From Candidatus Yanofskybacteria bacterium (lineage in GTDB: Bacteria > Patescibacteriota > Minisyncoccia > 2-02-FULL-40-12 > IGHO2-12-FULL-4), in assembly GCA_016185525.1 (NCBI GenBank), contig JACPNK010000006.1, positions 22,728 through 86,727 of the forward strand: 64,000 bases of DNA, in the 5' to 3' direction. Below are positions 1-10,600 of the stretch, piece after piece; position 1 is the first letter of the stretch, and each line of letters begins with the position of its first letter. The position numbers and the translations under genes were made by a program. Below the pieces are notes generated by a model. That model was not told the origin of the DNA. It searched no databases and saw nothing but the letters and a program-made list of their open reading frames with translations.

Positions 1-121
1 AGCGGAGCGCGCATAGATCCGTGGGAGATTACCACGTTGATAGGATGCAGGTGTAAGTCCGGTAACGGATTCAGCCGAGCATTACTAATAGATCAATTAA
101 TTCCTTGCAAGATTAAGCCTA
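1..121 (+). rRNA. rrl: 23S rRNA, 3' terminal segment (gene continues upstream of window)
   Basis: Near-exact match to the conserved 23S 3' end (GTTGATAGG..GGTGTAAG..TACTAAT..GATTAAGCCT, cf. E. coli ACGTTGATAGGCCGGGTGTGTAAGCGCAG...GGCTTAACCTT). Confidence 0.75.
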
Positions 122-160
122 AATTTAACTTTACCCAACAAAAAAAACGAGCAAGACATT

Positions 161-372
161 GTGTACAGTGTAAAGGAGTTATACTGCGAGTGCTCCACCT
201 GATCCCATTCCGAACTCAGAAGTGAAATCTCGCAAGGCCGATGATACCCAGCTCTTTTGACCGCAGCACGACATTATTTTTTGTAGACTTAGGGTCTATA
301 GTAATAAAGTTGTTGCAGTGTTGAGATCAAAAGGGCTGGGAAAAGTAGGTAACTCCTCTACACTGTATGCAA
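161..372 (+). rRNA. rrf: 5S rRNA with a ~90 nt insertion in the 3' half
   Basis: Core CCACCTGATCCCATTCCGAACTCAGAAGTGAAA (195-227) is nearly identical to the bacterial 5S loop B/helix III. The 5' segment GTGTACAGTGTAAAGGAGTTA pairs with the 3' TAACTCCTCTACACTGTATGC (helix I). The insertion at 251-340 is closed by CCAGCTCTTTTGA/TCAAAAGGGCTGG. Confidence 0.55.
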
Positions 373-565
373 TACGCTCGTTTTTGTTTGGGGACTCAGA
401 AGCATACCCCCTTGGGGTAAAAGACATCAAGGCCGATGCGTCAGTCCTGTATAAGGCAAAAATTACGCAAAAGCGAAGCGAGGCTATGCCGAGCGGAGTC
501 CCGCCTATATGAAATATGGGCGGGGTAGGTCGTCGCCAGACTAATGGCTTTAATTTTGGATCCGC

Positions 566-594
566 TTGACAATACGCTGTCTCTGGTGTATTAT
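566..594 (+). promoter_or_regulatory. sigma70-like promoter (TTGACA-17-TATTAT) for the LysM gene
   Basis: Canonical -35 and -10 hexamers with a 17 bp spacer; GGGGG RBS precedes the ATG at 628. Confidence 0.5.
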
Positions 595-627
595 TTTATT
601 ATCCTTTTACAATATGGGGGAAACTAG

Positions 628-1428
628 ATGCGCAAATTTGCTTTGACAGTTGTCGTATTCTTTATTCTGTCCAATGGCTATATCTTTGGGGCCACCTACA
701 AAGTAAAAATCGGAGACAATCTGACCCGAATTAGCCGTAAGATTGGTTATAGTGTTGAGCAAATTGTGACTGTAAACAGTATTAAAAATCCAGACATTAT
801 CATACCCGGACAAATTATCCGATACGTAGACATAGAAGACATTCAACTTGCCAGATTGTGGTTAGTTACAGCTTTATCTGACCCAACATTAACTCAAGAA
901 AGTTACTTGGTCATGAAACAAACCATTCGCGATCTAGATGGTATATGGTCTAAAAGTAATAAAAACTCTAGCCAAACTCTTGGTGAAATTTTGAGGATAA
1001 CTCAACTGGTTCGTTCCTCTGAGAAGCAGTTAATTGACCGTCAACTCATCAACCTAAATCTTTGTGTAAATGGAGCACAGTTCGTACTGCGCAATCCTCC
1101 TAGAGTTGAAATATGGAGTTACCCAGAAATCAAAAAAGCAGTTATTTATGTATCCGATTTTCCTGGTCTTTATCGCCTTACTCTTAGGAATACGATAGAT
1201 TTGTCAGATCTTTTTTATGTTATACAGTTGGATCCTTTTTATGTAGATCTAGGAAACATGGTAGCAATCTCAGTAATCAACACAGACACGGAGCTGTGTC
1301 CAAAAAATGCTGAGGAAGTTTTGCTCTATCTTTTCCAGAGAAAAGGATACCCTTTTCTTTTAGGAATAGAAGCCCTAGAAAGACTCTCTCGGTTGTCCGG
1401 TTTATCTCACTCTTACCGTTTGCCGTGA
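628..1428 (+). CDS. LysM domain-containing secreted protein
   Basis: N-terminal hydrophobic signal; LysM motif YKVKIGDNLTRISRKIGYSVEQIV...IIPGQII; rho-independent terminator at 1436-1462. Confidence 0.7.
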   Translation: MRKFALTVVVFFILSNGYIFGATYKVKIGDNLTRISRKIGYSVEQIVTVNSIKNPDIIIPGQIIRYVDIEDIQLARLWLVTALSDPTLTQESYLVMKQTIRDLDGIWSKSNKNSSQTLGEILRITQLVRSSEKQLIDRQLINLNLCVNGAQFVLRNPPRVEIWSYPEIKKAVIYVSDFPGLYRLTLRNTIDLSDLFYVIQLDPFYVDLGNMVAISVINTDTELCPKNAEEVLLYLFQRKGYPFLLGIEALERLSRLSGLSHSYRLP

Positions 1429-1492
1429 ATTTAAAGCGGCTGCATAGTTAGCCGCTTTTTTTGTACGCATTTTTGTTTATACTTAAAGCGAT

Positions 1493-1639
1493 ATGTTGCC
1501 ACGGATTCAAAAACAGCTGATTTTCGGATTTGTTTTTCTTGTTGCAGTGGGGTTGCTTGTTTTTGGCATAGAACGCTGGACGGAGCCAACGCCGACTTTT
1601 TTGACAGAGTCATACAAATATGCTATCCTATTTTAAAGT
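1493..1639 (+). CDS. small membrane protein (48 aa), N-terminus paralogous to the 2337-3167 protein
   Basis: MLPRIQKQLIFGFVFLVAVGLLVFGIERW resembles MSRTVKQLLFGLIFLTLFGLVSFGIYKSF; both follow a similar terminator + TATACTT motif. Confidence 0.35.
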
Positions 1640-1667
1640 GTAGCGTCATCTTTGGGGGACACATTCT

Positions 1668-2276
1668 TTGAGAATTCTATATCATATTCCTGTTCTACAT
1701 AATTTTGCAGATAACGGACGTAGCCCAGAAGATCCCTTGATGAAATTTGTCGAAAAGTTTTGGGATGCGGTTGATCTAGCCGTTGAGAGTCTTCAGTTGC
1801 CATGGACATCAGTCGTTTTATATAACGATTCGTTTATACTTTCTCCAAACAATCAGTCGTGGATGACAGGAGTCATCAATAGTCAGGCCAACAAAGGGAG
1901 CAGGCATTGGCAACTTGTTCTTAGGTTGGTTGAGATAGGCGCAAGATTAGAAAAAACAGAACACCATAAGCTGTTGGGTATAAAAAGTTGGAGTGTCCCA
2001 CGTGAGTTGACAAAAACGGAGTCTTTTCTCAGGGACCCCTCAACACCAAGTTATAAAAAAAACGAGCTAAAGAAAAAGATTTTGCTTCTTCGTGATCGTT
2101 ATATTGCTCATCGTATTAATATGACGTTGGGAGATAAAGAATCGGGTCTGCTTCTGTTGGGTGCTGCTCACAGAGATTTTATTTGTTTTCTCTCTCACAA
2201 TATTGAAGTAAAAAATGTCTTAAGCCAGGAAGATTACAGGAAGTTCCTTTTGTATGTATATGAAAAAAATTTTTAG
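1668..2276 (+). CDS. hypothetical protein (TTG start)
   Basis: 202 aa ORF followed by a terminator hairpin at 2280-2305. Confidence 0.5.
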   Translation: MRILYHIPVLHNFADNGRSPEDPLMKFVEKFWDAVDLAVESLQLPWTSVVLYNDSFILSPNNQSWMTGVINSQANKGSRHWQLVLRLVEIGARLEKTEHHKLLGIKSWSVPRELTKTESFLRDPSTPSYKKNELKKKILLLRDRYIAHRINMTLGDKESGLLLLGAAHRDFICFLSHNIEVKNVLSQEDYRKFLLYVYEKNF

Positions 2277-2336
2277 GCAGCTGCTAATTAGCTGCTTTTT
2301 TTTACGTTCGATTTGGTCTATACTTGAAATATAGCT

Positions 2337-3167
2337 ATGTCTAGAACTGTCAAACAACTTCTATTTGGCCTTATTTTTCTGACCCTTTTCGGGTTAGTAA
2401 GCTTTGGGATTTATAAATCATTTCAGGTTGAGCCGACTTGTTTTGACAAGATTCAAAACCAGCAGGAAGAAGGCGTGGATTGCGGCAAAGTCTGCGGAAA
2501 TACCTGTCTTCAGTCTTTGGAATCTGTCAGGGTTTTGAGTTCAAACCTTTTTGAGATTAGAGAGTTAAATGGCCAGATAGATTACGATGCTCTTTTCAGG
2601 GTCTATAACCCAAATACTCAATTCGGCTCTTCAAATACCGAGTTTGAACTTAAAATTTTAGATTCTGCCAACAATGTTATATTATCTCAAGCGGGCAGTT
2701 TCTACATTCTTCCCGGCCAGACAAAATATATTTACATTCCACTGCTCAAGACCAGTGTTGCCGGCAATCGCGCGGAACTGAACATCCGGAAAGCTGACTG
2801 GCAAAAACTGGAGGGAATTTTTGGTGAGGAGGTAAAATTAGTCGTCAAATCTAAAGATTATTTTGCCAACGGCAAGCCGGGTGTTTCGGCCAGAGTTACA
2901 GGGACTATTTTTAACTCTTCTGATTTTGATTTTGAGAGAGTAGATGTTGTCGTGGTTCTTTTGAAGAACAATGTTCCTGTCGGGGCAAATAGGACAGAGA
3001 TGAGAACCCTTTTATCTAAAAGCGACAGGTTTTTTGAAGTTGACTGGATCAATCCTATTCCCGAAAACCCCGACCGCATAGATGTTGAAGCCAGTACTAA
3101 TGTTTTTATGAACTCTAACTTTATCAGGCGCTACGGCACTCAAGAAAAGTTCCAACAGCCATTTTAG
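2337..3167 (+). CDS. membrane-anchored hypothetical protein
   Basis: N-terminal TM helix; 276 aa ORF abutting the ftsW start. Confidence 0.55.
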   Translation: MSRTVKQLLFGLIFLTLFGLVSFGIYKSFQVEPTCFDKIQNQQEEGVDCGKVCGNTCLQSLESVRVLSSNLFEIRELNGQIDYDALFRVYNPNTQFGSSNTEFELKILDSANNVILSQAGSFYILPGQTKYIYIPLLKTSVAGNRAELNIRKADWQKLEGIFGEEVKLVVKSKDYFANGKPGVSARVTGTIFNSSDFDFERVDVVVVLLKNNVPVGANRTEMRTLLSKSDRFFEVDWINPIPENPDRIDVEASTNVFMNSNFIRRYGTQEKFQQPF

Positions 3168-3168
3168 A

Positions 3169-4251
3169 ATGAATCCCTCTCTTTTTTTAAGAAAATTTGA
3201 TTGGCGCCTTTTTTTTATTTTTTTGGCTTTATTGGGAGCGGGCTTGTTTTCCATGGCCGGCATGGGACCCAACATCAGGCCTTTTTTGGAAAAACAAATT
3301 TATTTTTTGATTGTCGGTTCCGTTCTTATTTTTCTCGTTTCTTTTTTTGATTACCGTGTTTTTAAAAACAGTTCCCTGCCGTCGCTGTTAATATATCTGA
3401 TAGCCTTAGTTCTTTTGGTGATTTCTTTGATGTCCAGTTCGGTGCGGGGAATTAACGCATGGATCAATTTTGGCAGTATAAGATTGGAGCCATCGGAGTT
3501 TGCCAAACTCGCTGTCGTCATATTGCTGGCCAAGTATTTCTCCCAGAAGCACGCGGAGATTTATAGAATCCACCATATTGTCGCTTCCGGAGTTTATGCT
3601 ATGGTTCCGGCTCTTTTGGTTTTAAAGCAGCCTGACTTGGGGTCGGCTTTTATTTTTTTTGCGATTTGGCTGTCCATGCTTTTGGCAGTCGGAATTAAGA
3701 GAAAGCATCTTATGATAATTTTTTTCTCCGCAATTTTGGTTGCTTCCGTTGCTTGGCTTGTTTTTTTACAACCGTACCAAAAAAACCGCATTACCTCTTT
3801 TTTGAATCCGTATCTGGATCCCAAGGGGGAAGGCTATAGCGTGATTCAGGCCAAGACAGCGATTGGTTCAGGAATGACTTGGGGAAACGGTTTCGGCCAG
3901 GGTACGCAGTCGCGTTTTGGTTTTTTGCCGGAGGCGCATACTGATTTTGCTTTTGCCTCTTTTGGCGAGCAGTTTGGTTTTGCCGGTATTTTAGTTTTGT
4001 TTGCCGCATTTTTTATGTTTCTTTTGCGGGTGGGCGGTATAGGTTTCAGGGCGAAAAACAATTTTGCTAAACTTTTTTCAGTTGGCTTTATTGCTTTTGT
4101 TTTTTCTCACGTTGTCATCAATGCCGGAATGAATTTGGGCTTGATGCCGATTACCGGCATACCGTTTCCTTTCTTGAGTTACGGAGGCAGTTTTTTGATT
4201 TCGCTAAGTTTAGGCATCGGTCTTTTGGAGAGCATAAAGATGAGGAGTTGA
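3169..4251 (+). CDS. ftsW: SEDS family peptidoglycan glycosyltransferase FtsW/RodA
   Basis: Polytopic membrane protein; LPEAHTDFAFASFGEQFG and GLMPITGIPFPFLSYGGS motifs. Confidence 0.85.
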   Translation: MNPSLFLRKFDWRLFFIFLALLGAGLFSMAGMGPNIRPFLEKQIYFLIVGSVLIFLVSFFDYRVFKNSSLPSLLIYLIALVLLVISLMSSSVRGINAWINFGSIRLEPSEFAKLAVVILLAKYFSQKHAEIYRIHHIVASGVYAMVPALLVLKQPDLGSAFIFFAIWLSMLLAVGIKRKHLMIIFFSAILVASVAWLVFLQPYQKNRITSFLNPYLDPKGEGYSVIQAKTAIGSGMTWGNGFGQGTQSRFGFLPEAHTDFAFASFGEQFGFAGILVLFAAFFMFLLRVGGIGFRAKNNFAKLFSVGFIAFVFSHVVINAGMNLGLMPITGIPFPFLSYGGSFLISLSLGIGLLESIKMRS

Positions 4252-4440
4252 CAAAATTTAAGGCAAGGAATACAATGACCATATTGTTTTTGAATAAAGA
4301 GCCAGGTAGACTAATCATTCTAAGAGGCTTGAATTTGCTAGATTTTAAGATAAAATAAGTACTTTCTAGAGGTTTGAAACCCGTCCAAAGGACAGGAGTC
4401 TGTTTTTGTCTATTTTTTAAATTTAGAACACGTTCTAACC

Positions 4441-7400
4441 ATGGCTACTAGAAAACTATTTTCAAAATACGAGCCGGACGTTTTAGAAGCTCCTAATCTG
4501 GCTCAAGTTCAGTTAGATTCCTACGATTGGTTTTTTAAAGAAGGATTAAGAGAACTGCTCAAAGACATATCACCGGTAAAGGACTGGACGGAAAAAGAAT
4601 TTGAACTTCACTTTGTAGATTATATTTTGGAAAAACCCAAGTTTGACGAGAGGGTTGCCAGAGAAAAAAATATCACCTACGAAGCTCCGTTGCGGATCAA
4701 AGTGGAGCTGAAAAACAAAAGAACCGGCAAAACAGTTGACCAAGAGCTCTATCTTGGAGATTTCCCCCTGATGACGCCCAGGGGCACTTTTATTATTAAT
4801 GGGGTGGAGAGAGTAGTCATTTCTCAACTTATAAGAAGTCCGGGAGCCTTTTTTTACGTTGTCAGATCAACCGGCCTGAGAAATCTTTTTGGCGCCAAGA
4901 TTGTGCCGTCAAGAGGCGCCTGGCTTGAATTTGAAACCGAAAGCAGCGGAGTCATATCAGTCAGGATTGACCGTAAAAGAAAGTTAGCTGCTACCGGATT
5001 GCTTCGGGCTTTTGGCATAGGCAAGGATGAAGATATAAAAAAGCTTTTTACTGACGTTGATACCGATGAAAGCATGAAATATATTTTAGCCACTATCGCT
5101 CAAGACCCCTCCTCTTCAGAAGACGAGGGTCTGATCGAAGTCTATAAACGCATTCGTCCCGGCGATCCGGCTACAGCCGAAAATTCCAGACAGATGATTC
5201 ACAACATGTTTTTTAACTTTTCCCGTTATGATCTTTCCAGGGTGGGACGACACAGAATGAATCAGCGCTTCGGTTTAGATTTTGACTTTTCGGAAAGCAA
5301 CAGGACCCTGAAGCCGGAAGATATTGTCGCCACCTTAAAAGAGATTATCCGTTTGAACAATAATCCTTCCGCCGCTTCTGACAACATTGATCATCTTGGC
5401 AACAGGCGTGTCAAGGTTTTAGGCGAACTCTTGCAAGACAAGTTGAGAGTTGCTTTTGCTCAAATGGAGAGAATCATCAAAGACAGAATGAGTACGATGG
5501 ATGTTGACACTATCTTGCCTTCTCAACTTATTAATCCACGTCCTTTTGTTGCCAGACTTAAAGAATTTTTTGCTTCCGGACAACTTTCACAGTTCATGGA
5601 TCAGTACAATCCTCTTTCTGAACTGGAACACAAGCGCCGTCTGTCCGCGATGGGTCCTGGAGGTTTGACTAGAGAAAGAGCCAGTTTTGAAGTTAGAGAC
5701 GTTCATCCTTCCCACTATGGCAGGATTTGTCCGATTGAAACTCCGGAAGGCCCGAACATTGGTTTGGTTGGCTATCTTTCGTTATATGCCAAAATTTCTC
5801 CTCTCGGTTTCATCTTGACCCCTTACAGAAAAGTCAAAAATGGCAAAGTTACAGACGAGGTTTTGTATTTGGACGCCAGTGAAGAAGAAAGACACATCAT
5901 TGCTCCCGCCGGAGTAAAAATAGGCAAAGACGGCAAGATACTGGAAGAAAAGATACCGGCAAGAATTCACAGCGAAGCCGGTATTGCTTCGGCTAGCGAG
6001 ATAGATTTTGTGGATGTTTCTCCAAAACAGCCTTTTTCAGCGGCAACCTCGCTTATTCCTTTTTTGGAGCATGATGATGCAAACAGGGCGTTGATGGGAT
6101 CAAATATGCAAAGACAGGCGGAACCTTTAATCAATCCGCAATCTCCTTATGTCGGCACCGGTTTGGAAGAAAAGGTTGCCAGAGATTCCGGCTTGATGGT
6201 TGTCGCTGACGAAAGCGGAGAAATTGAAAGTGTGGACGCTTCTCACATAGTTTTAAAAACAGCTAAAGACGAGAAAATCAGATATGAACTGGTTAAGTTT
6301 CTGAAGTCAAACGCTTTCACTGCGATTAATCAGAAGCCTCTTGTTAAAAAAGGAGAAAAAGTTAAGAAGAATCAGGTTTTGGCTGACGGCCAGGCGACTG
6401 ACGGCGGTGAGCTGGCTTTGGGCACCAATCTCTTGGTGGCCTTTACTTCTTTTGAGGGTTTGAACTTTGAGGATGCCATTGTTATTTCTGAACGCTTGAT
6501 TAAGGAAGATGTTTTCACGTCGCTTTACATAGAAGATTACTCAACGGATGTCAGAGAGACAAAACTTGGACCTGAAATTACGACTTACGACATACCAAAT
6601 GTCGGAGAAGAAAGACTTAAAGAGTTGGATTCTGAAGGCGTAATCAGGGTGGGGGCGGAAGTCCGCTCGCAAGATATTCTGGTTGGCAAGATCTCTCCAA
6701 AAGGGGAAAGCGATCTCACTGCGGAAGAGCGTTTGCTAAGAGCCATTTTTGGAGAAAAATCCAGAGATGTTAAAGACACTTCGCGCAGATTGGACTATGG
6801 CAGACAGGGCAGAGTGGTGGGGATAAGAGTTTTTTCCCGAGATCAAGGTGACAGGTTGCCGGCCGGCGTTATTAAAACCATCAGAGTTTCCATCGCTCAA
6901 ATGAGAAAAGTCCAGGTTGGCGACAAGCTGGCCGGGCGGCACGGCAACAAAGGCGTTATCTCGGCGATTTTACCGGAAGAGGAAATGCCCTTTTTGGAGG
7001 ATGGACGGAGAGTGGATATGGTTTTAAGTCCCTTGGGTATCATCTCCAGAATGAACATCGGCCAGGTTTTGGAAACCCATCTCGGCTGGGCGGCTCAACG
7101 TTTGGGCTACAAGGCTACTGTTCCGCCAATGGCCGGACCGACCGAGGAGGCAATAAAAGTGGAGCTAAGAAAAGCCGGCTTGCCGGAAGACGGCAAGGTC
7201 CAGCTTTACAACGGGCGCACCGGATTGCCTTTTCACCAAAGGTCAACCGTCGGGATTATCTATTTTATGAAACTTTCCCATATGGTTGAAGACAAGATTC
7301 ACATGAGATCAATCGGGCCCTATTCTTTAATTACCCAACAGCCTCTCGGCGGAAAAGCCCAATTCGGCGGCCAGAGGTTTGGAGAAATGGAAGTTTGGGC

Positions 7401-7599
7401 GTTGGAAGGCTACGGCGCGGCCCACACTTTACAGGAAATGCTGACCATTAAATCAGACGATGTTTTGGGACGCGCCAAAACTTACGAAAACATAGTTAAC
7501 GGCGAGGAAATCAGGGCGCCGCATATTCCCGAATCGTTTAAAGTCCTGCTTTCTGAAATTAAAGGATTGGGCTTGAACGCGGAGTTATTAGAAAGGTAA
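4441..7599 (+). CDS. rpoB: DNA-directed RNA polymerase subunit beta
   Basis: 1052 aa; GEMEVWALEGYGAAHTLQEMLTIKSDD and other RpoB signature blocks. Confidence 0.97.
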   Translation: MATRKLFSKYEPDVLEAPNLAQVQLDSYDWFFKEGLRELLKDISPVKDWTEKEFELHFVDYILEKPKFDERVAREKNITYEAPLRIKVELKNKRTGKTVDQELYLGDFPLMTPRGTFIINGVERVVISQLIRSPGAFFYVVRSTGLRNLFGAKIVPSRGAWLEFETESSGVISVRIDRKRKLAATGLLRAFGIGKDEDIKKLFTDVDTDESMKYILATIAQDPSSSEDEGLIEVYKRIRPGDPATAENSRQMIHNMFFNFSRYDLSRVGRHRMNQRFGLDFDFSESNRTLKPEDIVATLKEIIRLNNNPSAASDNIDHLGNRRVKVLGELLQDKLRVAFAQMERIIKDRMSTMDVDTILPSQLINPRPFVARLKEFFASGQLSQFMDQYNPLSELEHKRRLSAMGPGGLTRERASFEVRDVHPSHYGRICPIETPEGPNIGLVGYLSLYAKISPLGFILTPYRKVKNGKVTDEVLYLDASEEERHIIAPAGVKIGKDGKILEEKIPARIHSEAGIASASEIDFVDVSPKQPFSAATSLIPFLEHDDANRALMGSNMQRQAEPLINPQSPYVGTGLEEKVARDSGLMVVADESGEIESVDASHIVLKTAKDEKIRYELVKFLKSNAFTAINQKPLVKKGEKVKKNQVLADGQATDGGELALGTNLLVAFTSFEGLNFEDAIVISERLIKEDVFTSLYIEDYSTDVRETKLGPEITTYDIPNVGEERLKELDSEGVIRVGAEVRSQDILVGKISPKGESDLTAEERLLRAIFGEKSRDVKDTSRRLDYGRQGRVVGIRVFSRDQGDRLPAGVIKTIRVSIAQMRKVQVGDKLAGRHGNKGVISAILPEEEMPFLEDGRRVDMVLSPLGIISRMNIGQVLETHLGWAAQRLGYKATVPPMAGPTEEAIKVELRKAGLPEDGKVQLYNGRTGLPFHQRSTVGIIYFMKLSHMVEDKIHMRSIGPYSLITQQPLGGKAQFGGQRFGEMEVWALEGYGAAHTLQEMLTIKSDDVLGRAKTYENIVNGEEIRAPHIPESFKVLLSEIKGLGLNAELLER

Positions 7600-7667
7600 G
7601 TAAGTTTAAAGTCTAAAGACTAATGACTAAGGCCAGAAAAATCTTGCTTTAGACTTTAGTCTGTTCA

Positions 7668-10600
7668 ATGAATAACTTTACATCATTAAAACTAAAAATA
7701 GCCTCTCCAGAAGAGATTCTCGAGTGGTCTTACGGAGAAGTTACCAAGCCGGAAACGATAAACTACAGGACCCAAAAACCGGAAAGAGACGGCTTGTTTT
7801 CCGAAGCTATTTTCGGGCCGGTCAAAGATTTTGAATGCTATTGCGGAAAATACAAGAGAATAAGATATAAAGGCATAATTTGTGACCGTTGTGGAGTAGA
7901 AGTAACCAGATCAATCGTTAGGCGTGAAAGGATGGGCCATATCAGGCTTGCCAGTCCCGTTGCCCATATATGGTTTTTGAGAGGTGTGCCATCTAAAGTT
8001 GCCGTGGTTTTGGATGTCTCTTTGGTGGAACTTGAAAGAGTTATATATTTTGCCAGCTATATTGTGATGCGGGTGAACGAGGAGCTTAAGGCCGAAGCCA
8101 TGAAAAAGATTGAAAATGAGTTTCGTTCAAAAATCAAGAATGCCAAAGATGAAAACGAGGCAATTCGTCTGAAAGAGCAGAAAGACTATGAAAAGAACAA
8201 TCTACGCGCCATCAAGAAATACCAGATTCTTTCGGAGTTGGATTTTAGAGATTTATCTTTAAAATACGGCGAGGTTTTTGAGGCGGGCATCGGCGCCGAG
8301 GCCATCAAAAAACTTTTGGGTGAAATTGAACTCAACGACTTGGTGAAAGCTACGGATAACGAGCTTAAGGCAACCGACAACCCTAACATCAGAAAAAAAA
8401 TGATTCGCAGGCTCAAGCTTCTCAGGGGCATGATCAGAAATAATATCAGACCCGAGTGGATGATTTTGGATATTCTTCCCGTGATTCCGCCGGCTTTGCG
8501 TCCGATGGTTCAACTGGACGGCGGCAGGTTTGCTACAGCCGATTTAAACGATCTTTACCGCCGGGTTATCAATAGGAACAACCGTTTGAAACATTTATTG
8601 GAACTCCATGCTCCGGAAGTTATAACTAAAAACGAAAAAAGAATGCTGCAGGAAGCAGTGGATGCTTTGATTGATAACTCTATGCGCCGCGGACAAACCA
8701 TGATTTCCGCTTCAACCGGCCAAAAGAGAGCTCTGAAATCTTTGGCCGATATGTTAAAAGGCAAGACCGGGCGTTTCAGGCAGAATCTTTTGGGCAAGAG
8801 GGTAGACTACTCTGGCCGAAGCGTTATTGTCGTCGGACCGAACCTTGATATTGACCAATGCGGTTTGCCTAAGCATATGGCGCTTGAGCTTTTCAAGCCT
8901 TTCGTGGTGCATAAATTAATCAGCGCCGGTTTAGCTCACAATATCAAATCCGCTAACCGCTTGATTGACCAGCAAATTCCGGAAGTTTGGCAGGCCTTGG
9001 AAGAATCCATTAAAGACAAACTAGTTTTACTTAACAGGGCGCCGACTCTGCATCGTTTGAGCGTTCAGGCTTTCAGGCCAAGCTTGATTGAGGGCAAAGC
9101 TATTACAATTCCGGCTTTGCCGACCAGCGCTTTTAACGCTGATTTTGACGGTGACCAGATGGCGGTCCACTTGCCTTTGACAAACGAAGCACAAAAAGAA
9201 GCTAAAGACTTGATGCTTGCCAGCCACGGAATTCTCAAGCCCTCAACCGGAGAACCGGTTGCCGCGCCGTCAAAAGACGTGGTTTTCGGCTGTTTCTATC
9301 TTACTCATCCTGGTGACAATCTTTTGGGCGAAGGCAAAACGTTTTCTTCAGAAGAGGAAGCATTGCTTTCACACAATAATGGCTTTACCGATTTGAGGGC
9401 TAAAATAAAAATTAAAACAGATAAAAAAATAGATGCTAACGAGCTTTTGGAAAATGGATTTATTACGACTACTGTCGGCCGGATAATTTTTAACCGCGGT
9501 TTGCCTGAAGATTTTCGCTTTGTTAACAAAACTTTGACCAAGGGCCAGTTGAAGGCTCTTGAAGCCGAGCTTTTGGATGAACGGGGAGAAGAGGAAACGG
9601 TAAAGTTTTTGAATACCGCTAAAAATTTAGGTTTTCATTATGCCACTATTTCCGGCGTCTCTTTTGCGGTTGAAGATTTGCGCGCAGTTTCTGACAAGCA
9701 GTCGATGCTAGACGAAGCCGATCAGAAAATTGAAGAAGGCCGCGGCTTGTATGATCAGGGTCTGCTCACGGAATATGAAAGAAAGTCTAAGGCTATAGAA
9801 GTTTGGACCGATGTTAAATCTCGTTTGGAAAAAATGGTTAAACAAAATTTTAAAAATGACGATTCGGTCTTTATGTTGGTTGAGTCCGGCGCCAGAGGTT
9901 CTTGGGCGACGGTTAATCAGCTGGCCGGCATGAGGGGTTTATTTGCTAATCCGGCCGGAGAGTTGATTGAACTGCCGGTAAAAGGCTCTTTCAAAGAAGG
10001 CTTGAGTGTTTTGGAATATTTTCTTTCAACTCACGGCGCCAGAAAAGGTCTGGTTGACACCGCGTTAAACACCGCCCAAGCCGGTTATCTGACCAGGCGT
10101 TTGGTTGATGTTGCTCAAGACGTTGTGGTTAAAGAAAAAGACTGCAAAGACAAAGATGGCTATGTCATGTTAACTGAAGATGGGAAGCAGATAGGCGAAT
10201 CTCTGGGCAAGAGGATAAAAGGAAGAGTAATTCTGGAAGACGTTTTAGACAAGGACGGCGAGGTTGTCATAAAGAAAGGAACTCTTATCAGCAAGGACTT
10301 GGCGGCAAAGATTGACTCTCTCAACTTGGACAAGATAAGGATAAGGTCCATTATTGCTTGCAGAGCCAAAGACGGCATTTGTCAGTATTGCTACGGTTAC
10401 GATCTGTCAAAGAATCGGCTGGTTGAAGTTGGCGAGGCTGTGGGTATTGTAACCGCGCAGGCAATTGGTGAGCCGGGCACCCAGCTGACCATGAGAACTT
10501 TCCATACCGGAGGCGTGGCTGGCGGAGGCGATATTACCATGGGCTTGCCCAGAGTGGAAGAAATTTTTGAAGCCCGGACGCCTTCTGCCAAAGCTCTTGT

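Noticed and set aside
37-512. ORFs 37-225 and 318-512
   Set aside because: They lie entirely within the 23S 3' end and the 5S rRNA region, so they are spurious translations of rRNA.
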